The position numbers and the translations under genes are program-made. Positions 10,629 through 19,526 of a DNA stretch of 64,000 bases are shown piece by piece; within the stretch, counting starts at the first letter, position 1, and each line of letters opens with the position of its first letter. The stretch is from Bryobacterales bacterium (GTDB lineage Bacteria; Acidobacteriota; Terriglobia; Bryobacterales; UBA6623), in the NCBI GenBank assembly GCA_963422375.2, contig CAXXKD010000001.1, positions 224,001 to 288,000 of the forward strand, written 5' to 3'. The notes under the pieces were generated by a model. It worked only from the letters and a program-made list of their open reading frames with translations. It made no database searches and was not told where the DNA came from.

Positions 10629-10845
10629 TCGGTGATAGTCGACTAGGTTCAATCGCTCGATCCAGCCGTCCCGTTCCTCCAACGTGATCGCTCCATCCGG
10701 TCGCCGCCTCCCTGACGAAGCCCTCCATGCTCTCGGCCATGGCCAGCGCCGCCACCCTGCCGCGCACCCTTTCCGCTAGATCCTATTTCAGCAACCGGGT
10801 CGAGTCCGTCTCGACAAGCTGGCGCAGGCCCCGGTGACTTCGCCT
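10629..10845 (-). pseudogene. higB: HigB/RelE-type toxin relic
   Basis: Manual translation 'HRGLRQLVETDSTRLLK*DLAERVRG...AESMEGFV...ITLEERDGWIERLNLVDYH'; HigB-type N-terminus and DYH C-terminus; internal stop at 10783-10785 and a probable deletion. Confidence 0.7.
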
Positions 10846-11101
10846 TGGCGCGCAGGCGCAGCCAAGCCGCCCGGCCTGGCTGCTGTTTCCGCGGTACCGA
10901 GCGGCAGCTTCCGGATCACGAATCGGGCGATGACCCGCCGGATTGAAGTTCAACACCGCTGGCACCGGCACCTGCGCTGCCAGCTCGCCTGGCCTGCCCG
11001 GTGGCGTCGCGGGGAAGGCCCTACGAGCCTAGGGCCCCCGGCCGCTATTCCGCATCGGCTTGTCCCCCTGCTGGACGGCACGACAGCCGCTCGGTGATCC
11101 G

Positions 11102-11581
11102 CTAGCTGCCCGGGGGCAACCCGCTCGGAGGCAACCCGGCGTGGATCCGTGTGCGAGGCAATGCCACGTCCTCCCATGGATTGACGAGGTCTAGGTCCAA
11201 GCCGTCGAAATCCGACACGTTCCGCGTCGCGAGGCAGAGATCCTCGGCGGCGGCAGTCGCCGCGATGATGGAGTCGGGCGACTCTAGCACCCGCCCGAGC
11301 GCCCGCGCTCTCGCACGCAGCTCGGCAGCGCGCTCGGCGATGTCGCGGTCCACCGGCAGGATGCGGTCGCGATAGCGGGAAGCGATGTTCCCCACGGTAA
11401 CCGCGATGCCTTCGCGACGGTTCCCGGGCGGGAGGATTTTCACGCCGTACTCCAATTCATGCAGAGTGACGACCGAGAGCCAGTGATCTCGTGTCTCGAC
11501 TAGGAAGGCGAGCACCAAGGGGTTCGGCTTGGGCTTCATTCCCTCCGACACGACATTGGTGTCTAGGAGGACTCCGACCAT
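11102..11581 (-). CDS. vapC: PIN-domain toxin (VapC family)
   Basis: 'LLDTNVVSE', 'ELEYG', 'DSIIAATA', 'TRNVSDF'. Confidence 0.9.
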   Translation of the reverse strand: MVGVLLDTNVVSEGMKPKPNPLVLAFLVETRDHWLSVVTLHELEYGVKILPPGNRREGIAVTVGNIASRYRDRILPVDRDIAERAAELRARARALGRVLESPDSIIAATAAAEDLCLATRNVSDFDGLDLDLVNPWEDVALPRTRIHAGLPPSGLPPGS

Positions 11582-11907
11582 TGCTCGTCCTCGTCATCGG
11601 CAAAGGGGACCTCGCGGTTCGGATTGTCCGTGCGACTGGGCAGCTCCAGCGGGCCGAGGCCGCGCATGTTCTCGACGATCCATCGCCCGAGAGGCATCTC
11701 CGGTTCATCGGGGCGGGGTCGGCGCGCGGAGACATCGCACTTGTCCCACACTTCAGCGGGGACTACGATGAATTGTTTCCGCACCCCGATGCGCTGGGGC
11801 CCCTCTTCGTCGACGAGCCTCAGGATCTCGGACAGGCGCGCCTTCGCTTCGGCGATCGTCCACAGCCGTTCGCCTTCCAAGATGCTTCCGCTTGGGTTCT
11901 GTCGCAT
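11563..11907 (-). CDS. Phd/YefM-like antitoxin
   Basis: 'WTIAEAKARLSEILRLVDEEGPQRI'; overlaps the vapC start; start position approximate. Confidence 0.8.
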   Translation of the reverse strand: MRQNPSGSILEGERLWTIAEAKARLSEILRLVDEEGPQRIGVRKQFIVVPAEVWDKCDVSARRPRPDEPEMPLGRWIVENMRGLGPLELPSRTDNPNREVPFADDEDEQWSESS

Positions 11908-12101
11908 TCGGCTCGAATAAGTTCTGAGTATACACCGCCCCCTCGGCAGAGATTGGCCGCGGAACGACGGCCGGACGCTCGGTAGCCCGGGCGGATCGCT
12001 CGGACTCCAGCCGGATTCGGCGGAGCGCGTCTCGCTGCGGTTGCAGGCATGCCAGAATTGATCTAGCTCCGCCGACCAGGGCGCTTCCGGCGGAGCGGGC
12101 A

Positions 12102-13655
12102 ATGCGCAGACCGACATTCGGTTCTAGGTGGGCGATGATGCTCGCCATGCTAGGCATGGCCGTCGGGACCGGCAACGTCTGGCGCTTCCCCCGCATCGCC
12201 GCTCAGAACGGCGGCGGCGAATTCCTAGTCGCTTGGCTGGCGTTCCTGTTTCTCTGGTCGATTCCGCTGATTCTGCTGGAGTTCGGTCTCGCGCGCAAGA
12301 CGCGCTCCGGCCCCGTGCGGGCCTTCGTAGAGCTGGCCGGGCCCGGCTGGGCCTGGGCGGGAGCCATGGTGGCGTGCGTGTGCGCGGGCATCATGTGCTA
12401 CTACTCGGTCGTCGCGGGCTGGACCGCCCGCTACGCGGTCGCGGCCCTCGCCGGAGAGCTCGGGTCGGTCCCGCCGGGTGCCTTCTGGGCGGACTTCACA
12501 TCGTCGGGGTGGCCGGCTGTCGCGCATGCGGCGATGATCGGCTCGGCAGCGCTGGTCGTGACCAAGGGCGTGACGGCCATCGAGCGGGTCGCCAAGGTCC
12601 TGATGCCTGCGCTGATCGTCTTGATTGCGGTGCTCGTGTGTCGCGCGGTGACCCTGCCCGGAGCCTCCGAAGGCATGGCCTACCTGTTCGGGATCGACTG
12701 GGGCGCGCTGTCGAGCGCCCGCATCTGGGTCGAGGCGCTAACGCAGAACGCATGGGACACGGGAGCCGGCTGGGGGCTCGTGCTCTGCTACGCGGCCTAC
12801 CTCCGTGAGCGCGAGGATACCGCCCTCAACAGCTTCGTGCTACCCGCCGCCAACAACGCGATATCCCTGCTAGCGGGAGTCATGGTCTTCTGCACGGTGT
12901 TCTCGGTGGTTCCCGCCATGGTCGAGAGGGCCGTGACGAACCCGGGCCAGCTGCAGGGACTCGAATCGCTCGAGGAAGCCGTGCGGGCGGGGGAGCCCTT
13001 TTCGTCGGGCCTGATGCAGAGGACGGTGTTCGCCGAAGACAACGCGGGACTCACGTTCATCTGGATGCCCGAACTTTTCCGGGCTATGCCGCATGGGCGG
13101 TTCTTCATGTCGCTGTTCTTCGTCGCCCTCGCCGTGGCGGCCTTCACCAGCCTGATTGCGATGGTCGAGGCGGCGACGAGGGCGCTCGCCGACGTTGGCA
13201 TCGAGCGGCGCAAGGCCATCCGTGTCATCGCGGCGGGGGCGTTCGCGTTCGGGGTGCCCTCCGCAGTTAGCTTGGATGTGCTCGACAACCAGGACTGGGT
13301 GTGGAGCGTGGCGCTGGTGCTCTCCGGCCTGTTCTTCTCGCTCGCGGTCGTCCGCCACGGGGTGCGCCGGTTCCGCGAGCAGATGCTGAACCACGAGCAT
13401 TCCGACATACGGATCGGGCGCTGGTGGGACTTCGTGATACGCGCCGTAGTGCCTCTTGAGTCCGTCGCTCTCACGCTCTGGCTGCTGTACGAGGCTTGGC
13501 TGGCCGACCCCGCGGGCTGGCTCCTGCCATTCGACCCCGCGAACGCGTTCAATGTAGGCACGGTGCTGTTCCAGGTCGGCGCGGTCGCGCTGGCGCTCTT
13601 GCTGCTCAACAGGAAGCTGGCGGCTTCGGTCCGCCGGGGCGAGGCTGCGGGTTGA
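12102..13655 (+). CDS. Sodium:neurotransmitter symporter (NSS/SNF) family transporter
   Basis: 'GMAVGTGNVWRFP', 'GGGEFL', many hydrophobic segments. Confidence 0.9.
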   Translation: MRRPTFGSRWAMMLAMLGMAVGTGNVWRFPRIAAQNGGGEFLVAWLAFLFLWSIPLILLEFGLARKTRSGPVRAFVELAGPGWAWAGAMVACVCAGIMCYYSVVAGWTARYAVAALAGELGSVPPGAFWADFTSSGWPAVAHAAMIGSAALVVTKGVTAIERVAKVLMPALIVLIAVLVCRAVTLPGASEGMAYLFGIDWGALSSARIWVEALTQNAWDTGAGWGLVLCYAAYLREREDTALNSFVLPAANNAISLLAGVMVFCTVFSVVPAMVERAVTNPGQLQGLESLEEAVRAGEPFSSGLMQRTVFAEDNAGLTFIWMPELFRAMPHGRFFMSLFFVALAVAAFTSLIAMVEAATRALADVGIERRKAIRVIAAGAFAFGVPSAVSLDVLDNQDWVWSVALVLSGLFFSLAVVRHGVRRFREQMLNHEHSDIRIGRWWDFVIRAVVPLESVALTLWLLYEAWLADPAGWLLPFDPANAFNVGTVLFQVGAVALALLLLNRKLAASVRRGEAAG

Positions 13656-14641
13656 CGGTCCTGGGCCCGCGTGAGATCGCGCGCGCCCTGCCGATGGGCG
13701 CGGCCGTGGAGGCCATGCGGGAGGCGTTCGCCGCCCATGCCGAGGGACGGGTGCGGGCGCCGCCTCGCACCGTGTTGCGCACCGGCGCGGACTTCGGTGC
13801 GACCTTGGTCATGCCCGCGACGCTGGAGTCGGCCGAGCCGCCCCTGCTCGCGGTGAAGGTCGTTTCCGTCTTTCCCGGGAACCGGCGGCGCGGGCTGCCC
13901 TCGATTCACGGCACGCTGCTGGTCGCGAGCGCCGCGACTGGCGAGCCGCTCGCCCTGCTGGATGCCGCGTCTCTGACGGCCATCCGTACCGCTGCTGCGT
14001 GCGGCCTGGCGACGGATCTGCTCGCGCGCGCGGACAGCCGCGTTCTCGCGGTCTTCGGAAGCGGCGTTCACGCGCGCACCCAGGTCAGCGCCGCGCGGGC
14101 CGTGCGCCCGATCCGGGAGGTCCGCATATTCAACCCGAACGCGGCGTCCGCGCGGGCCATGGCCGAGGAACTGGCTGCGTCAGCGCCCCTGCCCGGCGGG
14201 TACCGCGTTGCCCGAGCGCCCGCCGAGGCGCTGGACGGGGCCGACATTGCTTGCGCAGCCACGACCTCGCGCGCTCCGGTCTTCGACGACAGGGATGTCC
14301 CCGACGGGATTCACATCAGCGCGATCGGGGCCTTCAAGCCCGAGGACCGCGAGATCCCCTCCCAGACGGTCGCGCGCGCATTGGCCGTTGTCGACGACCA
14401 CGAGTCCGCGCTGGAGGAGGCCGGCGACCTGCTGATCCCGATGAGCGAGGGACGCTTCGACGAGCGCCACTTCCGCCGGGAGCTCGGGGCGCTGGTTCTG
14501 GGGCGCTGTGAGGGGCGCTCGTCCCGCTCGCAGGTCACGCTCTTCAAGTCCGTGGGCTTGGCGGCGCAGGATGTCTTCGCCGCGTGGTCGGTCCTGCAGG
14601 AGGCAGGCCGCCTCGGTCTGGGCCACAGACTCGACTGGTAG
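13652..14641 (+). CDS. Ornithine cyclodeaminase/mu-crystallin family protein (candidate pyrroline-2-carboxylate reductase)
   Basis: 'LTAIRTAAA', 'FGSGVHARTQ', 'FKSVGLAAQD'; TTG start overlaps the transporter stop. Confidence 0.85.
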   Translation: MTVLGPREIARALPMGAAVEAMREAFAAHAEGRVRAPPRTVLRTGADFGATLVMPATLESAEPPLLAVKVVSVFPGNRRRGLPSIHGTLLVASAATGEPLALLDAASLTAIRTAAACGLATDLLARADSRVLAVFGSGVHARTQVSAARAVRPIREVRIFNPNAASARAMAEELAASAPLPGGYRVARAPAEALDGADIACAATTSRAPVFDDRDVPDGIHISAIGAFKPEDREIPSQTVARALAVVDDHESALEEAGDLLIPMSEGRFDERHFRRELGALVLGRCEGRSSRSQVTLFKSVGLAAQDVFAAWSVLQEAGRLGLGHRLDW

Positions 14642-14643
14642 GC

Positions 14644-15747
14644 CTACTCGACGACGAGAACGGGTCGGCCCAGCACCTCGAGCCGTGGCGCGAGCCCGAG
14701 GCCCGGCCCGGCCGGGGCGGCGAGGCGCCCGCGACTCCGCTGCGGAGGGTTGGCGGCGGTGCTGACGGTCACGTAGCTGTTGAAGTCGGTCGAGGTGAAT
14801 AGGAACCTGGGATCGGTGCTGTGCGCCAGGTGGGCGATTGCCGCCGTCGAGAAGTCCCCGCCCCACGTGTCCTCGATCGTCATGGCGACGCCCAGGGCCT
14901 CGCACAGGTCGCGCACCTGGCGGGCCTTGGTCAGCCCGCCCAGCTTGCTGATCTTCAGGTTGATCACGTCCATGGCGCTGTCGGCGTGCGCCCGCAGCAG
15001 CGCGCGGACGCCGTCGATGGACTCGTCGAGCACGAACGGATTGGACGTGTGCCGGCGGACCGACAGGCATTCCTCGTACGAGAGGCAAGGCTGCTCGATG
15101 TAGATGTCCGTGTCGCGCACGGCTTGAACCACCCGCATCGCGTCGTGCATTAGCCAACCGGTGTTGGCGTCGGCGATCAGCCGGTCTCCGGGCCCGATGA
15201 CTTCCCTAGCCGCGAGGATGCGCTCGAGGTCCTCGGCCGGATCCCGTCCGACCTTTAGCTGGAAGCGGGTGTAGCCGTGCGCCCGGTGCGTCGCAACCAG
15301 CTCGGCCATTCTCTCCGGCAGCTCCTGGGATATGGCCCGGTACAGGACGAAGTCGTGCCCGCAGCGGCCTCCCAGAAGGTCGCAGATGGACATGCCGGCT
15401 GCTTGCCCGAGGATGTCCCAGCACGCTACGTCGATCGGGGACTTCACATACGGATGGCCCTTGAGAGCCGCGTCCATGGCCCGGTTCACATCAGCCAGCT
15501 GCGTCGGGTCGAGGTCCAGGAGAGCCGGTCCGATCTCCCTGATGCCGGCGCGGGCGCCCGCGGCGTAGGCCGGAAGGTAGGCCGGGCCCAGCGGGCAGAC
15601 CTCCCCGTAGCCGGCCAGGCCCGTGTCGGTGTCGATCCGCACGATGGTGCTGTCGAACACTTCCACGCTGTTGCCGCCGGACCAGTTGTACGGTCCCTCG
15701 ACGAGCGGAAGGTCGACCTGGTAGGCGCTGATTCGCCTGATCCTCAC
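14644..15747 (-). CDS. Enolase superfamily (MR/MLE subgroup), probable cis-3-hydroxy-L-proline dehydratase
   Basis: 'VDLPLVEGPYNWSGG..VEVFDST', 'FQLKVG', 'DANTGW', 'EQPC', 'DE', 'NLKISK', 'TIEDTWGG', 'TDFNSY' resemble the Labrenzia enzyme as I recall it; GTG start 15747. Confidence 0.8.
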   Translation of the reverse strand: MRIRRISAYQVDLPLVEGPYNWSGGNSVEVFDSTIVRIDTDTGLAGYGEVCPLGPAYLPAYAAGARAGIREIGPALLDLDPTQLADVNRAMDAALKGHPYVKSPIDVACWDILGQAAGMSICDLLGGRCGHDFVLYRAISQELPERMAELVATHRAHGYTRFQLKVGRDPAEDLERILAAREVIGPGDRLIADANTGWLMHDAMRVVQAVRDTDIYIEQPCLSYEECLSVRRHTSNPFVLDESIDGVRALLRAHADSAMDVINLKISKLGGLTKARQVRDLCEALGVAMTIEDTWGGDFSTAAIAHLAHSTDPRFLFTSTDFNSYVTVSTAANPPQRSRGRLAAPAGPGLGLAPRLEVLGRPVLVVE

Positions 15748-15779
15748 GGCGCGGAGTCCACTGGCGAGGCGCGGATGCC

Positions 15780-17450
15780 CTACTTGGCGCGGTCTCGCAA
15801 GGCGAAGAACACGGTGCCCGCGACGAAGTAGATCAAGGTCGGAATCGTGAGCCGCGAATGCAGCGCGTCCAGCGCCGCGGCATAGCCGTCCCGCGACACC
15901 TCGAATACTCCCAGGACGAGCCACAGGCAGGCCGCCAGGGCCAGCGCGGCCACCGCCCCGGACAGGAGCTCCGAAGCGCTGGCCGACCGTCTCGGCGCGA
16001 CCGCGGCCGGCCTGGTGTCTGGCTCGTCCTCGGAGGCGGCTTCCTCGCCGCCCTCGGCCGCTCCCATCGCTCTGGCGAGGAACCAGTACGCGACCATGGC
16101 GAAGATGTAGACAGGAAGGAACAGGAAGAACAGGTGGAGGATGCCGGCGCGCTCTAGCGCGATGGCGAGAGCCACCGACAAGCCCCAGGCTAGGAGCGCG
16201 GCCCAGTTGAGCGGGAGGCCCTTGCGGGTCGACCAGTACCGCTGCAGCCCTGTGCGCGGGAACACCCAGTGCTCGGTGACGACGATCGCCCCAATCGGGG
16301 AGATCAGCAGGCCGTAGATCGCGACGTAGTCGAGCAGTCCCGTGAACACGAACGGGAAGCAGGCGACGACGGTCGTCGCGACGCCCGCGACCAGCGTGAC
16401 CTTGGCGCGAGACCAGTTGGGCGTGACCGCCTGCAGTGCTAGCCCGACCCGGTACAGCGTCGGATTCGAGGTCGTCCAGCCGGCGATCACCACCGCCAGC
16501 GCGCCCACCCATCCCAGGGCCTGGAAGCCGACCTCCCCGGCGTCCAGCTCGGGGAGCGAGCGGCCCATCAGCAGGGCGGCCCCTGCTCCCATCAGTCCGG
16601 CGCAGATCCACGCGAGGTAGTGTCCTAGGAACATGCCGAACGAAGAGTAGAGGCCGTAGGACGCCTTGCGGGCGAACCGGAAGAGGGCCATGTCGGAGAG
16701 CGCCCCGTGCATGCCGAGGTTGCAGATCCAAGCAAATGCCGCGACCTTCCAGAAGCCCATCGGCTCGCTGCCGTCCGGCGTCCGGGCGGTCCAGACCTCC
16801 TGCCCGGCCATGTCGAAGAAAGACCCGCCGCCGGCCGCAGCGTACAGCTCCGGCAGGACCGCGATCGCGCCGACCACGAACATCAGGAACATCCACGGGG
16901 AGCAGACCGTGGCGAACGTTGCGAGCTTCCGGAAGCCCAGCACAGCCAGGGTGACGACCACGGCCCCGACTCCCAGCACAACCAGCACGAAACGGAAGTT
17001 GGTCGGGTACCAGTCCAGCTGCGGGGGAATGCCGAATGGAATGCGGACCGCCGAGGCCGAGACGGTGATCATGCAGCCCGCCATGATCGAGTACAGCAGG
17101 GCGTTCACGACGTTGTAGATCGACGTCAGGCGAGGCCCGCCGATCTTGCGGAGGTACCAGTAGAGCGTGAGGCGCGTGTCGGTCGCGATCGGCGCGCAGA
17201 CCAGCGTCCACGTGAGGACCGCCAGCAGATTGCCGATGACGAGGCCGAGGAAAATGTCCGTCACGCTCGCGCCCCAGTTGACGAACGTGACTCCGATGAC
17301 GAATTCGGTCGCCGCGACGTGCTCGCCGGCGTAGGCGCCGGCGAAGTACCCGGGCCCGAGCAGCCGGGACTTCGGAATGCGCTCCCGGTCGAACTCGTAG
17401 AGGAATCCCGGTTCCCGGCTAGCCGCCGCGGCTTGCGGAGTGGTACTCAT
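15780..17450 (-). CDS. NCS1/purine-cytosine permease-like membrane transporter
   Basis: About 12-14 hydrophobic helices; 'GEHVAATEFVIG', 'AGWTTSNPTLY'. Confidence 0.75.
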   Translation of the reverse strand: MSTTPQAAAASREPGFLYEFDRERIPKSRLLGPGYFAGAYAGEHVAATEFVIGVTFVNWGASVTDIFLGLVIGNLLAVLTWTLVCAPIATDTRLTLYWYLRKIGGPRLTSIYNVVNALLYSIMAGCMITVSASAVRIPFGIPPQLDWYPTNFRFVLVVLGVGAVVVTLAVLGFRKLATFATVCSPWMFLMFVVGAIAVLPELYAAAGGGSFFDMAGQEVWTARTPDGSEPMGFWKVAAFAWICNLGMHGALSDMALFRFARKASYGLYSSFGMFLGHYLAWICAGLMGAGAALLMGRSLPELDAGEVGFQALGWVGALAVVIAGWTTSNPTLYRVGLALQAVTPNWSRAKVTLVAGVATTVVACFPFVFTGLLDYVAIYGLLISPIGAIVVTEHWVFPRTGLQRYWSTRKGLPLNWAALLAWGLSVALAIALERAGILHLFFLFLPVYIFAMVAYWFLARAMGAAEGGEEAASEDEPDTRPAAVAPRRSASASELLSGAVAALALAACLWLVLGVFEVSRDGYAAALDALHSRLTIPTLIYFVAGTVFFALRDRAK

Positions 17451-17478
17451 GAACTGGCTCTCTGGTGCGCTCCGCCTG

Positions 17479-18732
17479 CTACCGCTGCGCTAGCACGCTT
17501 CTCTCGTAGGCCCGGATCTCGTTCATCCACGAGGCCTCGTCCGCGACGTCCTGCACCTCGCAATAGCGATCCCAAACCGCTCCGAACGGCATGGTGGCGA
17601 CCTGCTCCAGCAGGGCCAGTCGCCCCGTGTAGTCGCCCTGCCCTTCCATCTCGCGGAGCCGTGCCGAGGGCTCCAGCAGCGCGAACAGCAGCGCCTTCAG
17701 CATGGCGCGGGAGCCGATCACCCACGCGGCGACGCGATTGATGCTTGCGTCGAAGAAGTCGAGGCCGACATGCACGCGCGACAGGTACCCGCCGCGCACG
17801 AGTTCCTTGGCGATCTCGCGCAGCTCGTCGCTCAGGAGCACGACATGGTCGCTGTCCCAGCGCACACCGCGGCTGACATGCAGCAGCAGCCGGTCCACCC
17901 ACAGCAGGGCGGACGAGATCTTGTCCGAAACCAGTTCGGTGGGATGGAAGTGCCCCGTGTCCAGGCAGAGGACCTTCCGGCGGGAGGCCGCGTAGCCGAG
18001 ATAGAATTCGTGCGAGCCGACGACGTAGCTCTCCGAGCCCAAGCCGAAGAGCTTGCACTCGACGGCGTCGAGGTTGCGCGCGGGGTCGATCGGCTCGCGG
18101 AAGACCTCGTCGAGCGACTCGACTAGGCGCTCCCGCGGCCCGCGCCGGTCGGCGGGCAGGTCCTTGTAGCCGTCGGGAATCCAGACGTTGGTCACGCAGG
18201 GCGACCGGAGGGCGGCTCCGAAGGAGCCGCCGATGCGGCGGCAGGCGCGCCCGTGATCGATCCAGAAGCGGCGCACGGACGCATCTCGGTGGGCTAGCGT
18301 GAATCCCTCGGCCGCCAAGGGATGGGCGAAGAAGGTCGGGTTGAAGTCCAGACCCAGACCGTTGGCGCGCGCCCAGTCCGCCCAGCCCGTAAAATGCTTC
18401 GGGAGCAGCTGGTCGCGCTCGACCTTGGCTCCGCCCGTCTCCGCGTAGCTGGCGTGCAGGTTGAGCCGATGGCGGCCCGGGATCAGCGACAGGGCCATCT
18501 CGAGGTCGGCACGAAGCTCTTGGGCCGTCCGAGCGCGACCCGGATAGCTGCCCGTAACGGCCAGCCCGCCGCCGATGTCTGCCCCGGTGCCCTCGAAACC
18601 GGCTATGTCGTCTCCCTGCCAGCAATGGAGGGAGAGGCTAACGTCCCGGAGCGCACGGATTGCCTGCTCGCAGTCGACGTCTTGGCGCGAGTAGCGCTCC
18701 CGCGCCAAGGAGTAGGCCGTTGTCACGGGCAA
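17479..18732 (-). CDS. rhaA: L-rhamnose isomerase
   Basis: 'SLHCWQGDD', 'NLHASY', 'VGSHEFY', 'DTGHFHPTE', '[12 protein letters not shown]', '[11 protein letters not shown]'. Confidence 0.93.
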   Translation of the reverse strand: MPVTTAYSLARERYSRQDVDCEQAIRALRDVSLSLHCWQGDDIAGFEGTGADIGGGLAVTGSYPGRARTAQELRADLEMALSLIPGRHRLNLHASYAETGGAKVERDQLLPKHFTGWADWARANGLGLDFNPTFFAHPLAAEGFTLAHRDASVRRFWIDHGRACRRIGGSFGAALRSPCVTNVWIPDGYKDLPADRRGPRERLVESLDEVFREPIDPARNLDAVECKLFGLGSESYVVGSHEFYLGYAASRRKVLCLDTGHFHPTELVSDKISSALLWVDRLLLHVSRGVRWDSDHVVLLSDELREIAKELVRGGYLSRVHVGLDFFDASINRVAAWVIGSRAMLKALLFALLEPSARLREMEGQGDYTGRLALLEQVATMPFGAVWDRYCEVQDVADEASWMNEIRAYERSVLAQR

Positions 18733-18878
18733 TTTGCCAACAAGGATAGCCGATAGACGTCACTCGGGGCGATCGCTCGGCGGCCAATGCACCGCCGGCC
18801 GCTCGGGCGTGCCCGGTCGGCTCTTCAAGCGTGTCGCTGCGGCAGCGGGCCGGGTTTCGGAGCCGAGGACGGTGCCGG

Positions 18879-19361
18879 CTACCCGTCCCCGCGCTTGCGC
18901 ATCTGCTGCGCTAGGTACAGCCCGAGCCCGGTGTCTTGGATGACTTGCATCTGCGACTCGAGCCAGTCGATGCGGTCCTCTTCCTTGGCCAGGATGCTCT
19001 CGATCAGCTCCCTCGACGCGTCATCGTCCGAGGAGACGCAGACTTCGATGCCGGCGTTGGCGCATTCCGCCGTCTCTTTCGACAGCACGCAGTCGTTGGA
19101 ATGCATGTTGGCCACGTCCGCCCCGATGCGCAGGGCGTAGGTGTCACGCAGGTTCGGTATCGCCTCGAGGAACAGGATCCGGTCGATGAGCTGCTCGGCG
19201 AATACCATGCTGGCGATCGAATCCTTCCGGATTCGCCGCGCGACTTCCTCGTACCCCCAGTCGAGGCACATGCGCGCGTGGAGGAACGACTGATTGATCG
19301 CGGTGAGCTCGAACTTGAGTAGCTGCCGGAGAGAGGCGATGACCTCGGGATGACCCTTCAT
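18879..19361 (-). CDS. bfr: Bacterioferritin-like subunit (heme Met kept, ferroxidase centre degenerate)
   Basis: Colinear with E. coli Bfr: 'MKG..ELTAINQ.FLHARM', 'RILFLE..PNL', 'EE..IDWLE'. Confidence 0.85.
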   Translation of the reverse strand: MKGHPEVIASLRQLLKFELTAINQSFLHARMCLDWGYEEVARRIRKDSIASMVFAEQLIDRILFLEAIPNLRDTYALRIGADVANMHSNDCVLSKETAECANAGIEVCVSSDDDASRELIESILAKEEDRIDWLESQMQVIQDTGLGLYLAQQMRKRGDG

Positions 19362-19470
19362 GGTTGCGTGAGTCCCCTATGCGCTGGGCGGTCGTGCCGA
19401 CGCGCAGAGGACGCTTGAATCATAGCCGATGGCGCATGGCACGGATTCTGCGCTCCGGATTCCGGATGGC

Positions 19471-19500
19471 AAAGAGAACGGGCGCCCCGAAGGGCGCCCG
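19471..19500 (-). terminator. Rho-independent terminator of the TonB receptor gene
   Basis: Minus strand CGGGCGCCC-TTCG-GGGCGCCCG followed by TTCTCTTT, about 27 nt after the stop codon. Confidence 0.75.
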
Positions 19501-19526
19501 CGGCCACAGCGCGAGGCTCGAGCGCC

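Noticed and set aside
14644..17211. 855-aa ORF as a fusion protein
   Set aside because: The N-terminal part is an off-frame overlap of the permease gene; the real protein starts at GTG 15747.
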